64,000 nt of DNA from the IMG/VR virus record IMGVR_UViG_3300021475_000011, positions 3,534 through 67,533 of that record; one strand, given 5' to 3'. The translations under genes and the position numbers were made by a program. The stretch is from a virus. The notes beneath the pieces are model-generated. The model was not told the DNA's origin. It did not search any database and was given only the letters and a program-made list of their open reading frames with translations. This document shows, piece by piece, positions 36,401 to 45,544 of this stretch (within the stretch, counting starts at the first letter, position 1; every line of letters begins with the position of its first letter).

Positions 36401-39175
36401 GGTGTATTCGCTGTGCTCCTTCGCTGTCATGTGCAGCGTTTCACCCGTCTTGCTGTTGAAGTACGTGTTCACCGATTCGGGTTTCTTGCCCTTCTTCGTC
36501 TTCGGTTCCGGCGCGACCCAACCGCCGGTAGCGAAGTGCGGCGCCTGGTTGGACGCCAGGTGGTCGAGCAAGCCGGGCGCGTGCTGTTCCATCATCGCCT
36601 GCCCCGGCCCTGTGACCACGAACTCGTTGCCCGAGAGCAGCGCGAGCGTGCCGTCGCGGTGGGGATCGCCGGGCACCCATCCACCGCCCGCCAAGCCGAG
36701 GATGTTGCCGACCCCTTCGACGCCGCCCTTCAGCGCGCCGAGAGCTTTTTGCGCCAGCCCGAAGCCGGGGATTTTCTTCAGGGCCTTCATTATCAGCGGA
36801 CCCGCCTGCTCGACGCCGGACACAAGCCCTTCGATGATCTGCTTGCCGATCGACAGGAACCGGCCGGGCAGGCTCCCGAGGAACCCGATCACGCTGTTGA
36901 ACGCGCCTTCGATCGCCTTCAATATCTGAGGCCCGAAGTTCAGGGCGACCGCGACGACCGGCGCGAAGGGTCCGGTCAGCAGCGGCACGAGCAGCTTCCA
37001 GTGGTCGCCTATGAACCCGATCACGGCTGAGACTGCCCCGCGGATCGTGTCGAAGACGGTGGTGAAAACGCTCTTGATGATGTTCCAGCCAACGGTGACG
37101 ACGGTCTTCACCACGTCAAAGCCGGTCGTCCAGATCGCCTTCTGCACAGCCCACCACGTCTTGACCACAGTTTCGACGGCGCCGAGCGCGGTGGAGAACA
37201 CCGTTTCGATCACCTTCCACGCGGTCGTCACGAGCGTTTCGAGTATCTGCAACTCGGTCGTGAAGATGGTCGTGATGACCGTCCAGTAGGTCTTCACCAC
37301 AACTTCGATCGCCTTCAGCGCCGTGGAGAACGCCTGCTTGATGATCTTCCACGAGCTGACGACCACGCCGACGACGACGCCCATTGCCACCTTCACGAGA
37401 TTGCCCATCGGCGAGAAGACCTTGCTCAGAATCCCACCGAAGCCGCGCACCATGTCGATCACCGGCGCGAACACCTTGCCGAGAAACGGGACGGCCTCAG
37501 TGATCTTGCCGAGCGACGCGACCGCGCCAAGAATCTCGCCCGAGAAGACAACGCCCAACACCTTCCCGATCGTTTCGATGGTCTTCTTGAACGGGGCGAG
37601 CAGCGTGCCGACGGCACCGAAGGCGGGCGCCAGCAGCTTCACGGCGCCGGCGAGCAGCTTGATCCCGCCGATGATGGCGATGCCAACCCCCTCGGCGACG
37701 CCCTTCAGCAGCGGCAGCAGCACGTTCTTGAAGAACGGCATCGCCGGCGCGAACGCGCTGAGCAGTTCCTTCCCGGCCTTCAGGGCTTCCTTGCCGAACG
37801 TCGCCAGAGCAGCGCCGACCGGACCCTTCAGCACCTTGCCAACCTCAGTGATCGCGCCGAGGATCACCACCTGCAACAGCGCGCCGAGCGGCTTGATAAG
37901 CGGTGTGACGGCGCTCAGCAGTTTGACAAGCGTCGGCCCGAACGCCTGCGCAAAGCTCAGCTCTATGCCGGTGCTCGCGGCCTTCAGCGCCACAAAGCTC
38001 TCCTGCATGTGCTTGAGCGTGTCGGGGTTGATCGACGGCATGTCCGCGCCGACGGTGGCGAGCCGGCCGTGCTTGCCCGAGAGCGGGCCGCTCGCCTCGA
38101 GGACGCCGGCCATCTGCGCGCCACGGCCGAGCATCGTCCGCATGACGCTCGCGCCTTCGGCGGCCGGCAGCTTCAAGCTGCGCTGCGTGATGAGGTCGTA
38201 CAGCGCGGGGAGGTTGTTCTGCTGGCGCTTCAGTTCGGCGGGGCTGATGTTGAGCTTGGCGAACGCTTCGGTGCTCGTGTTGGCTTTGCCTTCAGCCTGC
38301 CCCTTCAGCGCTTTGGTGGCCTGCCCGCCGGCGGTAGCGAAGCTCATGCCGAGCGTGCGCGGCTGGACGCCGGTGGCTTCCGCGATCACGGCCAGCGCCA
38401 TCGCTTCGCGGGATTTCAGGTGCGTGGCGCGTTCGAGCTGCAAGGTGTTCTCGGTGATCGTGCGCGACTTCTTCAGGCCCTCGTACACAGCGCCGGCGCC
38501 GAGCGCGCCCACGCCGACGAGGCCAGCGCCCACACCGGACGCGACGTGGCCGCCGAAGCTGGCGACGCCGGCGGCTGCTCCCTTCAGGCCAGAGCGCACG
38601 CGCGCGCCCCGTGACGGCGCGCCGGCGGCCGACTTGATCGCCTCAGCTTCGCGGCGCGCTGCGGCCTCCACAGCGGCGGCAGCCTCGTCGGCGCTCTTGC
38701 CGCGCAGCGCCGCCGAGTCTTGCGCCATCTTCGCAATCTCCTGATAGGTCTTGCCCACGTCGCGGAGCGCAGCGATTTCCTGCTGAGACGCCTTGTCCGT
38801 GGCCGCTGCCGCCTCAGCCCGACTCTTCGTAATCAGGTCGTCAGCGGACACCGCTGCGCTGCTGAGGGCCTTCCACTCGTCGGCGCTGGCCTTCACGCTG
38901 TCCGCGACCTTCTTCTGCGAGGCGACCATCGCGTCGCTGCTCGACTTCACAGCGGCCGTCTGCTTGGCGACCGCGCCAGCGATCGAGGTTGTGGCCTTGA
39001 CCGCCTGCGCGCCCGTCTTGCCGTACTCGGCGCCCGAGAGCTTCAGGATCGTGTTCGTCTCCGCGATCGAGTCGCGGACGGTCTTCTGCGCGCCGGTGAT
39101 CTTCGCGGTGCCGTCGTCCTGCGCGGTGAGCACATAGCGAATAGCGACCTCCTCGACCTCGCTACTCATCGCCAT
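33440..39175 (-). CDS. tape measure protein with RlpA-like and NlpC/P60-like domains
   Basis: 1911 aa, helical with periodic W/F repeats; GKPYVYGGGH...YDCSGAVS; VIDKGP. Confidence 0.92.
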   Translation of the reverse strand: MAMSSEVEEVAIRYVLTAQDDGTAKITGAQKTVRDSIAETNTILKLSGAEYGKTGAQAVKATTSIAGAVAKQTAAVKSSSDAMVASQKKVADSVKASADEWKALSSAAVSADDLITKSRAEAAAATDKASQQEIAALRDVGKTYQEIAKMAQDSAALRGKSADEAAAAVEAAARREAEAIKSAAGAPSRGARVRSGLKGAAAGVASFGGHVASGVGAGLVGVGALGAGAVYEGLKKSRTITENTLQLERATHLKSREAMALAVIAEATGVQPRTLGMSFATAGGQATKALKGQAEGKANTSTEAFAKLNISPAELKRQQNNLPALYDLITQRSLKLPAAEGASVMRTMLGRGAQMAGVLEASGPLSGKHGRLATVGADMPSINPDTLKHMQESFVALKAASTGIELSFAQAFGPTLVKLLSAVTPLIKPLGALLQVVILGAITEVGKVLKGPVGAALATFGKEALKAGKELLSAFAPAMPFFKNVLLPLLKGVAEGVGIAIIGGIKLLAGAVKLLAPAFGAVGTLLAPFKKTIETIGKVLGVVFSGEILGAVASLGKITEAVPFLGKVFAPVIDMVRGFGGILSKVFSPMGNLVKVAMGVVVGVVVSSWKIIKQAFSTALKAIEVVVKTYWTVITTIFTTELQILETLVTTAWKVIETVFSTALGAVETVVKTWWAVQKAIWTTGFDVVKTVVTVGWNIIKSVFTTVFDTIRGAVSAVIGFIGDHWKLLVPLLTGPFAPVVAVALNFGPQILKAIEGAFNSVIGFLGSLPGRFLSIGKQIIEGLVSGVEQAGPLIMKALKKIPGFGLAQKALGALKGGVEGVGNILGLAGGGWVPGDPHRDGTLALLSGNEFVVTGPGQAMMEQHAPGLLDHLASNQAPHFATGGWVAPEPKTKKGKKPESVNTYFNSKTGETLHMTAKEHSEYTRHQAEAAYKEKLHGVSFSGPVSTFGPPGEAAGTTAYGGSSSSAGLALNPDGGSNWNDAKARALAGKLFHVEVAGHSGNFKVIDKGPDAKGPKGWRVGDITGAAAKLMGFDPTKFPTDAIGKFTEVTGGAAKATSNASIKLPELSSSPLNPVSAFQTGYQAGLKGQPLSTTGILAAAKASAKVTMRALQEGEVAPAGGGAEGGGSIARTRPKGIGAKAWSEYLSMASAAESIVGKPYVYGGGHGSWSSSGYDCSGAVSYVLHAGGLTNTPMTTTGLKNWGLAGDGKLVTVGVRGTTGENAHTMIRMGSAGVESGGGGSQGKPEVHIDQGWDGVFPIHRHPPGLRRGGRVRRTGRAPRRFNRGGMVGMGPNARSAVASSLRMSPGGVSESMLDPDSPRFVGFGLRRGGHVKRPAAHSATSHHSVHVANHLHPKAVHHSAIHKVTAHHTAAHHASKGKKGMSGGLSGVASTLGEAMQQLAAVSAPLEGALPGGAVGKFMSQGVARAAGGAISEAEGASNTGPEANNALGELSGILDGTSKAVQNELKKMAAGLKKQLAKLKAHHAKPAQIKGLEGKIDEMNQAVADSGTITLGQLDQMASSIKAQVAKLKAHHGSKVSIRRLESSLGLVEAAVGQRVGAMVKQVNDEQSALERAGVARQQANEVAGVEAGSSGAISSEMAQDQLAVSVGQQQQGQLQAALQQAEAAGDTQDAEQIKAQLEGIAASVQAAAVDIAKKARELVERQAAEVTEHAERSLSMVQGQMALNQAVRSITNHGEESPSEMRQRAAEMQQAQLPAMQQVLAGLGGQYNADMSVGDTKGAEEIQEKILSEQTDIANTSAEIANLTRQAAETQAHLLTEIAEHQTNMAESGLQSLELHQKLAGTYETGGEQRAEYINKQILPALQKELTALVNEKKTAEEQGDSKLAEQIAEAIAGQQNKILEAQLQVQEETKSATQAMANAMTNAGGSLGFQFNQQEFTDLIGVGVGM

Positions 39176-39193
39176 TCACCACCTTTCACCGAT

Positions 39194-39553
39194 TCACAGG
39201 AGACGGGCACCGTTGGACTTCATAATTCCCTTCACGTACTCCAACCTGATCGCGCGCTCGTCGTCGCGCAGTTTCATCACTTGCTTGGCGAGAGCCGTTG
39301 TCTCCTCGGGTTCCATGTCCTCGTATTCGCGCGGTGACGTGGAGCCGTAGAAACACAGCTCGGCCATCCTCAGCCAGTAGGCGTCCGTGTAGCGGGTGCC
39401 GTTGCCTCCTCGACCTCCGCCGGTCCCGGCCAGTCCTCCTCGGCGCTTCCATCGGGCGCGGGCCTCGGCTCGCCGGAATCGTCGCTCGACTCGCTCGAAG
39501 GCGCTGATGCCGGGCTCGTCGGGGTCGGGGAGCTGGTCGGGGTGGACAAAGGG
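39194..39553 (-). CDS. tail assembly chaperone GT extension (-1 frameshift)
   Basis: The -1 frame is open from CCCTTTG (39547-39553) to TGA at 39194: FVHPDQLPDP...AYWLRMAELCFYG...GARLL. Confidence 0.7.
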   Translation of the reverse strand, partial: PFVHPDQLPDPDEPGISAFERVERRFRRAEARARWKRRGGLAGTGGGRGGNGTRYTDAYWLRMAELCFYGSTSPREYEDMEPEETTALAKQVMKLRDDERAIRLEYVKGIMKSNGARLL

Positions 39554-39993
39554 GGTCCGCCCTCGCCGGACTCGTCGTCCACGTCCTCGCCCTGCAACGG
39601 CTGGTCGGGGTCGTTGCCCATCAGGAACCGCAGGACCGGCGTGGCGTCCCTGATGTCAAGGTGCTGTTCGAGGAATCCTTCCTCGGTCACGTCGCCGTGC
39701 TCGTCGCGCGTGGGGCCCGCGGGCGGCTTGCCATCGCCGTCGCGGATCAAGAGCGCGATCTGCTCATAGAGCAGCGTGTTGAACTCGGCCGTGACCTCCT
39801 TCGGGATCGGTTCGTTGGCCTCCTCGGCGGCAGCCGCGCGCTTTGTCAGCTCCTCCGTGTGCGTGGCGATGGCCTGCACTTCGCCCGTCACCTTGTTGGT
39901 GCGCCTGACGGGCTTCCACACCACGTCGCCGATCGTCAACTCGTCCTGCTCGCGCTGCCCTGCCCTGTCGTCTACGTTGAACTGGCGTCCCAT
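39370..39993 (-). CDS. tail assembly chaperone (G)
   Basis: Position just upstream of the tape measure; contains slippery site C CCT TTG. Confidence 0.75.
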   Translation of the reverse strand: MGRQFNVDDRAGQREQDELTIGDVVWKPVRRTNKVTGEVQAIATHTEELTKRAAAAEEANEPIPKEVTAEFNTLLYEQIALLIRDGDGKPPAGPTRDEHGDVTEEGFLEQHLDIRDATPVLRFLMGNDPDQPLQGEDVDDESGEGGPPLSTPTSSPTPTSPASAPSSESSDDSGEPRPAPDGSAEEDWPGPAEVEEATAPATRTPTG

Positions 39994-40289
39994 GTGCTCG
40001 TATCTCCTTCGTGGTCTGTGCCCTGACGGGCTATGACAGTTATCTCGAGCTGCTGCCCTGCGTGGTCTGCACCTGCGAGCGCAAGGAACTCGTCGAGCTC
40101 CTTGCGCCCCTCAGCATCCCCGGCGGTCCAGACGTAGGTCCCGAACACATCGCCGTCGAACTCGCGTTCCAGCTCGGTCAGCGCGGCCACGGCCCGGCGA
40201 CATGCCTGCATCGCCGAGCGCGCGGCCTTCTTGCCGTTCGTGAGCTTCGCCCGATCCGCGGGGGGAGCCGTGTGATCCTCTGAGGCCAT
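39972..40289 (-). CDS. hypothetical protein in tail module
   Basis: GAGGGG RBS, 105 aa. Confidence 0.6.
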   Translation of the reverse strand: MASEDHTAPPADRAKLTNGKKAARSAMQACRRAVAALTELEREFDGDVFGTYVWTAGDAEGRKELDEFLALAGADHAGQQLEITVIARQGTDHEGDTSTWDASST

Positions 40290-40298
40290 GACGCCCCT

Positions 40299-41054
40299 CT
40301 ACTCGTTGTTGATGCCTCCCGGCTTGCGGTCGCGCACGGTCTGGACGTTGATGCCGAGAACGGCGTCTGCGCCCGACGTGCCCGCTGCGGGCGGTGTGCC
40401 AGCGGTGCCGGCTGCGCCCGAGTCCACGAACGACACCACCGTCGCTTCGGCGGCCGTGGCCTGGTAGACGTTCTCCGAGTGCGCCGCGCCGCCCACAGGC
40501 GAGCGGTACACGCGGTAGCCGCCAGTCGCGCCGGCGACTTCCGCCCACGCCACTTTCACTTTCTGGCCGGCGGTCACGGTGGCCGTGACCTCGTTCGAGG
40601 CGACCGTCTGTCCTGCCGCGTCGAGCGCGGTCACGACATAACGGTAGGTCCCCGGCGCGAGCGTGCCGCCCGCGCCTTCCGGCGTCGCGCCCGACACCAC
40701 CGGCGTCGCCAGAGCGGTGCCGCCGGCGACGACCGCACGGAACCGCAGGTAGCGGCCCGCGTCGGTGTTGTGCGCGACGTTCGTGGTGCCCGTCGCTTCG
40801 AGCTTCGACCCGCCGACCCGATACCAATTCACCTGATCGAGCGAGATTTCCGCCACGACTTCGACGCTGGTGGCCGTGAGGGTCGCCAGTTCGATCGAGG
40901 CGAGAACGGACATGGCGCCCTGAAGGTCGAGCACCGATCCGATGAGGTTGGAGCCTGACTCCGTGACGGTGCCCGTCGGAACGACGGACGCCATCGGCTC
41001 CTGATGAGCGTACTTTTCGCGGAACCATCCGGTCCCGAATGACTGCCGTGGCAT
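40299..41054 (-). CDS. tail-associated FN3-like protein
   Basis: GTYRYVVTALDAAG...KVAWAEVAGATGGYRVYRS; GGAG RBS. Confidence 0.7.
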   Translation of the reverse strand: MPRQSFGTGWFREKYAHQEPMASVVPTGTVTESGSNLIGSVLDLQGAMSVLASIELATLTATSVEVVAEISLDQVNWYRVGGSKLEATGTTNVAHNTDAGRYLRFRAVVAGGTALATPVVSGATPEGAGGTLAPGTYRYVVTALDAAGQTVASNEVTATVTAGQKVKVAWAEVAGATGGYRVYRSPVGGAAHSENVYQATAAEATVVSFVDSGAAGTAGTPPAAGTSGADAVLGINVQTVRDRKPGGINNE

Positions 41055-41069
41055 TGTCCGATCGTCTCC

Positions 41070-42494
41070 TTACGTCAGGGGTGTCGGCGAAGCGTTGACC
41101 ACTTCGACCTTGATGTCTGTGCCGTCGGCCGAGCTGTAGAAGCCCGTCCCGTCGAGCTCGGTCACGATGTCGTCCCGAGCGCTCAGCGCCCCGGCACCTG
41201 CGCCGGGGTTGTGGACCGCGTTGTAGATCGTGAAACGCACGAGCTCCGTGGCGGCCGGCGTGACACCTTCGAGCGGTGGTCCGACGCACTCGAAGATGAG
41301 CTTCTGAATCTGGCCGAACTCCTGGGCGACCTCCTGGGCCGTCTCGACGTTCCCGAAGTTCAGCCGGTAGCTCACGTCCTGCGCGGCGTTCAGCTTGTTT
41401 TCGGTCGGGTGCCAGAGCTTCTTCGTCAGCGGCGGGTTGCCGATGACGTTGGTCACGACGTTGCGCTTCGCGTACCACTTCTTCATCACGTTGTTGGTGA
41501 ATGAGAACTCGAAGCCCGTCAGGTCGGGAATCTGAATCCCCTGCGACGTGTCTTCGGTGGGCAGCACCTTCGAGGTCGTCGCCGTCCCCGTGTCGGTGTA
41601 TTCGTGGCCGCTGACGTTCGCCAAGAAGTGCTCCGTCCCAGCGGCGCCGCCCGCGGCCGTGCGGTACACGTTGTAGCTCCCCGCACCCGACACGGCAGCC
41701 CACGACAGTTTCACCTTGCCCGACGCTTCGGCAGCGATCGACGCCTCCGGTGAAGGCAGCGACTCGCCGCTGCCGGTCGCGTTGACGCTCGTCACCTTGT
41801 ACTTGTAGGTGGCGGCCGTCAGCGTGCCCCCGCCAGGTTCGGCGGTCGGCGTGACCGTGCCCGGCGCCGCGATCGCCGTGCCCGTCCCGTCGAGCACCAC
41901 GCGGCCGTCACGCAGGATCAGCGGGTCCGAGGACAGGCCAGTGAACGACGCCGACGGCGGGGTCGTTTCGTAGTTCGAGAAGTAGAGCGAGTGCAGCTCC
42001 GTCTCGATCGTGCCGTCACCGTCGAGGCTGAACGTCGCGGTCAGCCGGTTGAAGACGCAGCCCGACGCCTTGAGGTTGTAGTTGTCCCTCACGAGCTGCA
42101 TGTGAACGCACGGCAGCGGGCCTTCGGCGAAGCCGAGGACCGCCAGGGTGTGCGTCTGCGCCGCGCCGCCGCTGCCGGTCACGGTGTCCACGCCGCCGAG
42201 CGTCTTGCGCAGCGCCTTCTCGAGCACGCTCCGGTACGCGGCGACGGGGATGGTGGCGACACCGGCCGCACGGAACGGCAGGCGCGGGCTGATCGCTCGC
42301 CGACCCCTGACCTCCGCCGAGCGGTCGATCTGCTCCAAGCCCTTGTCGAAGGTCCCGCCGGTGGCGGGCCAGAAGTAGTTGGCGTCGGGGATCGGGGCGG
42401 GCACTTCCCCCGTCGGCGCCAGCACGTCATACGTCGATCCGCCTGAGACTTCATCGTCCTTCAGGCCGAACAGACGACGGATGGTTAGTGACAT
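41070..42494 (-). CDS. major tail tube protein with inserted FN3-like domain
   Basis: Position after the terminator; SGCVFNRLTATF..DG; AAAGGA RBS. Confidence 0.78.
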   Translation of the reverse strand: MSLTIRRLFGLKDDEVSGGSTYDVLAPTGEVPAPIPDANYFWPATGGTFDKGLEQIDRSAEVRGRRAISPRLPFRAAGVATIPVAAYRSVLEKALRKTLGGVDTVTGSGGAAQTHTLAVLGFAEGPLPCVHMQLVRDNYNLKASGCVFNRLTATFSLDGDGTIETELHSLYFSNYETTPPSASFTGLSSDPLILRDGRVVLDGTGTAIAAPGTVTPTAEPGGGTLTAATYKYKVTSVNATGSGESLPSPEASIAAEASGKVKLSWAAVSGAGSYNVYRTAAGGAAGTEHFLANVSGHEYTDTGTATTSKVLPTEDTSQGIQIPDLTGFEFSFTNNVMKKWYAKRNVVTNVIGNPPLTKKLWHPTENKLNAAQDVSYRLNFGNVETAQEVAQEFGQIQKLIFECVGPPLEGVTPAATELVRFTIYNAVHNPGAGAGALSARDDIVTELDGTGFYSSADGTDIKVEVVNASPTPLT

Positions 42495-42515
42495 CGTGGA
42501 TCAGCTCCGTTTCCT

Positions 42516-43103
42516 TTAGGGGGTTGTCGTGGCCGCGGCGCTCGACGCCCCGCTGCTGCTTGCGCTGCTGGCGCCCGCTGCCGACGATGCGGGCGGTGAC
42601 GCCGCCGGCGAACTCGCCGGCGTGCTGCTCGCCGGCGACGCCGGCGGTGAAACGGGAGGGGTCGCGGGCGCGCTGACGGGCGCACCCTCACCCGTGACTG
42701 CGGGCTCCGTCGCCCACGCCCCCGAGTCCTGACCATCTTCCGGCGGCGCGCTGTCGCCGTAGATGCGGCGAGCTTCGCCCTCCGCCACGTCGATCGCGGG
42801 GGTGAACTCGCCGAGCGAGCCGATCGCCGTGTTCAGGTCGCCGAGCTCGTCGTCGGGCACATCCACGACTTCGAGGTCGCGGTCCTCGGCGAACTTCTCG
42901 GCCGCCGCCTTCAGCGCGTCGCCTTCCAGCGGCGTGCCGCGCGGGTGATCGACCGTGGGCAGCTCGGTGTCCATCAACTCCTGCAACTGATTGGCGGCGA
43001 GACTCACGAGCTTGCCGCCCTGACCGTCCGCGCCGAGAAGGCCGACGCCGGCGATTTCCACTCGGTCGGTGCTGCCCGGCTTCGTCTTGAACACAAGTGA
43101 CAC
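42516..43103 (-). CDS. hypothetical structural-region protein
   Basis: AAGGAG RBS; Ser/Pro/Ala-rich tail. Confidence 0.6.
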   Translation of the reverse strand: MSLVFKTKPGSTDRVEIAGVGLLGADGQGGKLVSLAANQLQELMDTELPTVDHPRGTPLEGDALKAAAEKFAEDRDLEVVDVPDDELGDLNTAIGSLGEFTPAIDVAEGEARRIYGDSAPPEDGQDSGAWATEPAVTGEGAPVSAPATPPVSPPASPASSTPASSPAASPPASSAAGASSASSSGASSAAATTTP

Positions 43104-43119
43104 TGTTCGTCTCCTTCGC

Positions 43120-43608
43120 TTAGCGGATTACGCGCCGTAGCTGACACACGATCGGAAGTTCGATCGCAAGGGCGCTGATGTCGTTGAACGCCTCCGACAC
43201 GGTGAAGATGCCGGACCTCCATGCACGAGTCGCAGCGCCGCCCAACGGCCGGATGCCTTCGGTCGTGGTGGCGTTGTGGAGCTTCGGATCGACGAGCGCA
43301 CGGAAGATGTCGGCGTACTGCTCCAAGGTCGCCATCTCGTCCTGCGGCGTGCTGTAGGGGATCGCCAGCCGCGCCGCGATCGTCACCGTGTCGCGGACCT
43401 CAGCGACGCTCGGTTCGTCCATCGGCGCTGACGGCGCCAGCCAGTTGTAGAGCGCCGGCAGCTCTATCTCCGAGCCACGCGGACGCCAGCGGTAGCCATG
43501 CACCTGATCCCCCGTTTCCGCGAGGATCGCCGCGATGACTTCGTTCTCGACCACCACGAGGCCGTCCATCAGCGCCTTCAGGCTGCCGGGCACAGCGATC
43601 GGGGTCAT
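43120..43608 (-). CDS. tail terminator-like protein
   Basis: Position and size; LPALY...DPKL...LGG. Confidence 0.55.
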   Translation of the reverse strand: MTPIAVPGSLKALMDGLVVVENEVIAAILAETGDQVHGYRWRPRGSEIELPALYNWLAPSAPMDEPSVAEVRDTVTIAARLAIPYSTPQDEMATLEQYADIFRALVDPKLHNATTTEGIRPLGGAATRAWRSGIFTVSEAFNDISALAIELPIVCQLRRVIR

Positions 43609-44180
43609 GGCCGACCCCCCGCCGCGGCCAGCCGCCGCGCGATGACGACGCCCGCCTTGCGGAACTGCGCGATCTGCGCCTCGCGGCTCTCCACGCTCGC
43701 GCGCTTCATCAGCGCCAGCGGCTTGATGCCCTTCGAGCTGCGCGCGAAGACCATCTGTGACCCCGCTGCCGCGCCCGCACGGCCGCTGCGCTGCCTGCCG
43801 CTGAGGGTGAACGCCGTGCCAGGCCCAACAGCGCCAGGGAACGCCAGCACGCCGCCCGGCTTCTTCGGCACGATCTTCTGCCCGCGCGGCCCGTACAGGC
43901 CGGTCCCGTACTCAAGGAACGCGGCGTAGTTCAGCCGCGAGCCGAACGTCGCGGTGATCCTGCCCGTGGACCGATCGACGCGCTGCACATGGTTCGGGTC
44001 GCCCGCCGCGAAGCTCCGCAGGTAGTGGCCGGTGCGGCGGTGCTGCGCAGCCACGCGCGAGAGCTGCGCCTGAACCTCGAAGTAGGCGAGCTGCATCCCC
44101 TTCTCGGCCTCCTCCATGACGATCTTCGCCACGTCGGCGGCGCCATGCAGGACCGGGCCTTGGATGGTGACGTGGCTCAT
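43605..44180 (-). CDS. HK97 gp10-like head-tail protein
   Basis: RTGHYLRS...YAAFLEYGTGLYGP...GIKP. Confidence 0.75.
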   Translation of the reverse strand: MSHVTIQGPVLHGAADVAKIVMEEAEKGMQLAYFEVQAQLSRVAAQHRRTGHYLRSFAAGDPNHVQRVDRSTGRITATFGSRLNYAAFLEYGTGLYGPRGQKIVPKKPGGVLAFPGAVGPGTAFTLSGRQRSGRAGAAAGSQMVFARSSKGIKPLALMKRASVESREAQIAQFRKAGVVIARRLAAAGGRP

Positions 44181-44827
44181 ACGAGGGCGAACTTCGGGAT
44201 TCGGTACTTGCTGATGACGTTTTCCACGAACGGCGGCATCTGCCTGAAGTAGCTCACGCCGCCGCCCTCGGGCAGAGCGATGGCGTCCGACCACAGCGCG
44301 TCCTTCTCCTTCGCGCGCCGCGCGCTCAGCGCAAGCACGCACTCCTTGATGTCGGGCGGACACGTCACGAACCCCCAGCGGCCGTTGATCGTGAGGTCCC
44401 GCAGACCGTCCGTCCAGTAGCCCGCGAGCGCGAGCGACCATGCGTAGATGCGAACCGCGTTGAACGGCGTCAGGTTGCCGGGGACCGCGCTCGCCTCGGG
44501 CGGTCCCTCCAAGATGTAGCCGAGCAGCGCGTTCTGCGAGCGCGGCGCGAGCGGGTAGCCGTTGATCTGCAACCCGCCGGTGGCGACCTCCCGCAGATCG
44601 GGCAGACGGATGTAGGTCTTCATCTTCGTGCTGAACGTCTTTGTGACCGTCGGTTCGGTGTCTTTGCCTTCGCCGTTCAGCGCCGGCGACGGCTGGAAGG
44701 TGCGAGCACATTCCTTTTCCATGAACGCGACCGCGCTGTCGAGGATGAGCTGCAAGCGCACATCGGAGAGGTCCGAAGTCTTCTCCATGTATTCCCGCAG
44801 TTCCGCGACAGACGCGATCGTGTTCAC
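44177..44827 (-). CDS. head-tail adaptor (gp6-like)
   Basis: ASVAELREY...LILDSA..FMEKECARTF...GRWGF..CPPDIKE. Confidence 0.75.
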   Translation of the reverse strand: MNTIASVAELREYMEKTSDLSDVRLQLILDSAVAFMEKECARTFQPSPALNGEGKDTEPTVTKTFSTKMKTYIRLPDLREVATGGLQINGYPLAPRSQNALLGYILEGPPEASAVPGNLTPFNAVRIYAWSLALAGYWTDGLRDLTINGRWGFVTCPPDIKECVLALSARRAKEKDALWSDAIALPEGGGVSYFRQMPPFVENVISKYRIPKFALV

Positions 44828-44843
44828 AGCTCACAGCTCCTCG

Positions 44844-45446
44844 TCAGGCGTTGACGTGCGCGACCTTCGCGTCGCCGGCGGCGTCGAGGTCGGCCTGCGC
44901 AAGCGCCTCGATCACGTCCTCGCGGGTCAGCGCGCCACGGTCGCCCGTGCCGCTGATCTGCGATTCCTCGATGCCGTGCTCCTCGAGCGCCGCCTTCAGG
45001 CCCTCGACGCTCATCTCGGCGTACTTGGCCGCTGCTCCCGCCAAGTGCTGAGTGTTCGTGTCCTGCTGCACGTCGGGGCGATCGACCCCGCCGGACTGCT
45101 CGTGCGGGAGCTGCGCCAGGCCGCTCGCCGGCGCAACGCCGACGGCCGGGTTCGGCGCGCCCGCGCCACCATGCGAAGCGACGACCTCGTGCGGGTCGAG
45201 GCCCTGTGCGTCGAAGCGCGCAAGCGCCTCACGGTCCAGCGGAGCGGACAGGTCGTCGCCACGGATGATCGCCTGCGCGATCTCGTAGTCCGACTTGGCC
45301 GCCGGGTTCACGCTCTCCTCGCCCTGCGGCAACACGCACTTGCCGGTGGCGAGCAGGCCGTTGTACGTCGGGCCGTCCTCGGGGGTGTCAACGACGTGCC
45401 CCTTCGGATAGCTCGGGTCGATTCCGGTTCCTACCAACTGCGCCAT
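44844..45446 (-). CDS. head-associated protein with SAP/LEM-like C-terminus
   Basis: YAEMSVEGLKAALEEHGI...GTGDRGALTREDVIEAL; follows the major capsid gene. Confidence 0.6.
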   Translation of the reverse strand: MAQLVGTGIDPSYPKGHVVDTPEDGPTYNGLLATGKCVLPQGEESVNPAAKSDYEIAQAIIRGDDLSAPLDREALARFDAQGLDPHEVVASHGGAGAPNPAVGVAPASGLAQLPHEQSGGVDRPDVQQDTNTQHLAGAAAKYAEMSVEGLKAALEEHGIEESQISGTGDRGALTREDVIEALAQADLDAAGDAKVAHVNA

Positions 45447-45484
45447 CTAAACCAACTCCTTCCGGTCGTTTCCGATTCAGCGGT

Positions 45485-45514
45485 GCCCGGCCGCCTGTGA
45501 GAGCGCGACCGGGC
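45485..45514 (-). terminator. hairpin after the major capsid gene
   Basis: 10-bp stem with one G-U pair on the minus strand. Confidence 0.45.
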
Positions 45515-45544
45515 TACGGCTGTGCTTTCCGTGTGGGCCTCGAC

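Noticed and set aside
36900-37900. Periodic repeats as a DGR or repeat array
   Set aside because: These are ordinary tape-measure amphipathic repeats; no reverse transcriptase or TR/VR pair was seen
39186-39452. 88-aa ORF from the track as the chaperone T segment
   Set aside because: Wrong frame with Arg-rich composition; the -1 frame ending at 39194 is the plausible product
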